The notes under the pieces are model-generated. The model was given only the letters and a program-made list of their open reading frames with translations. It was not told the DNA's origin and ran no database searches. Source: Octopus sinensis (taxonomy: Eukaryota). From it: a stretch of DNA of 8,321 nt. Of this stretch, positions 6,614 to 8,321 are shown piece after piece. Numbering within the stretch: the stretch's first letter is position 1; every line of letters starts with the position of its first letter. The stretch covers positions 1-8,321 of the forward strand of contig NW_021828472.1 in assembly GCF_006345805.1 (NCBI RefSeq), given 5' to 3'. Made by a program: the position numbers and the translations under genes.

Positions 6614-6624
6614 GGTCGTGTGAA

Positions 6625-6725
6625 TATATGCGAGTTTGTGTAAATATATATATGTAAATATAAGTATATATATATATGTATATATATAACTATGTATATA
6701 TGTATGTATATTATGTTTGAGTATA

Positions 6726-6772
<47 letters not shown>

Positions 6773-6797
6773 ATGTATATATATAAGTATATGTATA

Positions 6798-6861
<64 letters not shown>

Positions 6862-6925
6862 ATTGTGTAAAAGCGTGTGTGCTTGTGTGTCTGTCCGTGT
6901 GTCGCTGTGTGTGTATGTATATACA
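6625..6925. repeat. (TA)n/(TG)n compound microsatellite
   Basis: Direct inspection. Explains ORFs 6580-6960. Confidence 0.9.
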
Positions 6926-7397
6926 CCTCTGATGGTGATTTCTTTCTTATTTCTTCTCAATAGCTATATACGTATCCCTGTATCTGTATGTAGATATGTG
7001 TGTGTGTGTCTGTGAACGTGTGTGTGTGTGTGTATGTGTGTGTATGCAGCTGCACGTTGGTGCATGCATGCATTTATTATGCTGTTTCAATATGCATATG
7101 TGCGTGAATATGTTTGCAAATGTTCAAAGTGGAGCATAAACCCGCAGTTGTAAGCGACCTCACGGATTACAAGACTTGGCTGACAGTTTGGCGGGCTGGC
7201 GATTTACTTGTTGGCTGGTTTGGCGGTTGGTGATGACTTTCATACATATTAAGTCATTAATTTGTAATACATTTAAATCTCAGTGTTGTGTGTGTGTGTG
7301 AGTGCATAAGCACGTAACTGTGAGTAGTTATGTGTTAAAATAAAGATATGTATACAGGTGTTTATGTAATCATGTATGTGTGTTTGTGTCCGCATTT

Positions 7398-7464
7398 AAA
7401 GAAAGAGAGAGAGAGAGAGAGAAAGAGAGGGAGGGAAAGAGAGAGGCGAGTGAGAATGAGAGAG
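7398..7464 (+). repeat. (GA)n-rich tract
   Basis: Direct inspection. Confidence 0.9.
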
Positions 7465-7473
7465 TTGTGAATA

Positions 7474-7695
7474 TGTTATTATTATCATCATCATTATTAT
7501 TATTATGAATATTATTATTATTATTATCATGAATATTATCATTATTATTATTATTATTATCATGAATATTATTATTATTATTATTATCATCATGAATATT
7601 ATTATTATTATTATCATCATCATCATCATCATCATCATTATTATTATTATGAATATTATCATCATCATCATCATTATTATTATTATTATTATCAT
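7474..7695 (+). repeat. (ATT/ATC)n array punctuated by ATGAAT
   Basis: ATGAAT at 7505, 7529, 7562, 7592 and 7649. Confidence 0.95.
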
Positions 7696-7837
7696 TGTTA
7701 GATTTTCGTTGTTATCACTGGAACTTTTACACGGACTTTTTCAAATGGACAAAACCCTTTGTAACTTTCGTCCTGTGTTTTGTCCCTTTATGTTTTAATT
7801 AATTTTTGTTAGCCTTTGTGGCCAATAAACGAACGAA
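7696..7837 (+). mobile_element. LINE-like 3' end (family T) copy 2, followed by (ATT/ATC)n to ~7888
   Basis: Inverted homologue of 4395-4536. Confidence 0.7.
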
Positions 7838-7898
7838 TTATCATCATTATTATCATTATTATTATTATTATTATTATCATTATTATTAGTGTTATTAA

Positions 7899-8047
7899 AA
7901 TTAAAAGAAGAGTGCCATTGTTATCTAGTGAACGATATTTCGACATCTTCAACTGGTTCAAAAAATAATTTTGTCAATCTACTTCATTTTGGTAGATTGC
8001 CAAAATTATTTTTTGAACCAGTTGAAGATGGCACTCATCTTTTAATT
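7899..8047. repeat. Long palindrome / hairpin (MITE-like or hairpin-RNA-like)
   Basis: Inner arms 7944-7982 and 7992-8030 (39 bp, 1 mismatch, 9 nt loop). Outer arms 7899-7918 and 8028-8047 (20 bp, 1 mismatch). The left arm carries a 28 nt insert. Confidence 0.9.
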
Positions 8048-8157
8048 ATGACTCATATATCTTCAGGTGGAGTTACCTCAATCCTTTCTATATTTCTATA
8101 CAAATGGAAAAATGAAAGAAAGATAAAGAAAAAAAGGGGCAAAAAAGGAAAGAAAAC

Positions 8158-8304
8158 TCACAGCGACAATGTTCTTCTCAATACGTGTGGCGTACCCGTT
8201 AAAACAAGTCAGGGATGTCCTTTTTGGGTCATTCCAAGTGTTCCAATACTTATTGATATTGTAATCGTCTTAAGATGCTTCCTCATTCCGATTTCAATCA
8301 GCAA
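8158..8304 (-). pseudogene. Second C-terminal remnant of the R4/Dong-like RLE LINE ORF
   Basis: Manual translation: LLIEIGMRKHLKTITISISIGTLGMTQKGHP*LVLTGTPHVLRRTLSL*. Homologous to 1402-1584 with a net loss of 16 codons. Probably continues past the window end. Confidence 0.75.
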
Positions 8305-8321
8305 ATTTTTTTATATATTCT

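Noticed and set aside
7175-7232. GC-richer stretch with repeated TGGC
   Set aside because: It looks like a decayed (TGGC/TTGG)n microsatellite, with no coding or structural support.
1700-7798. Poly-Ile/Met ORFs at 1700, 4688, 4726, 7396 and 7505
   Set aside because: They are translations of (AAT)/(ATT)/(ATC) tracts.
8102-8157. Purine-rich stretch resembling the Dong 3' UTR end at 4746-4780
   Set aside because: The similarity is low-complexity, the CTAGG/CTCGG landmarks are absent, and it lies in the wrong orientation for the adjacent ORF remnant.

Overview
AT-rich, repeat-saturated eukaryotic non-coding DNA with no supportable host protein-coding gene. Most ORFs in the track are translations of microsatellites or repeat pieces. 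The repeat families look like octopus (coleoid cephalopod) repeats; this is recognition from memory, not a search result. The window holds: (i) four + strand copies of an unclassified ~550 bp (AAT)n-tailed retroposon (element E), one with an internal ~188 bp tandem amplification; (ii) remnants of an R4/Dong-like RLE non-LTR retrotransposon (C-terminal ORF at 1402-1584 + and 8158-8304 -, 3' UTR pieces); (iii) three tRNA-type SINE copies with a shared head and core but two different tails, one an internal dimer with a 17 bp TSD; (iv) two inverted copies of a LINE-like 3' end related to one SINE tail; (v) two tandem Penelope-type units, each with a minimal type I hammerhead ribozyme motif with covarying stem I, one having a non-canonical core; (vi) a ~150 bp near-perfect palindrome; (vii) many simple and higher-order tandem repeats. 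The hammerhead pair at 3087-3312 is the most notable signal.
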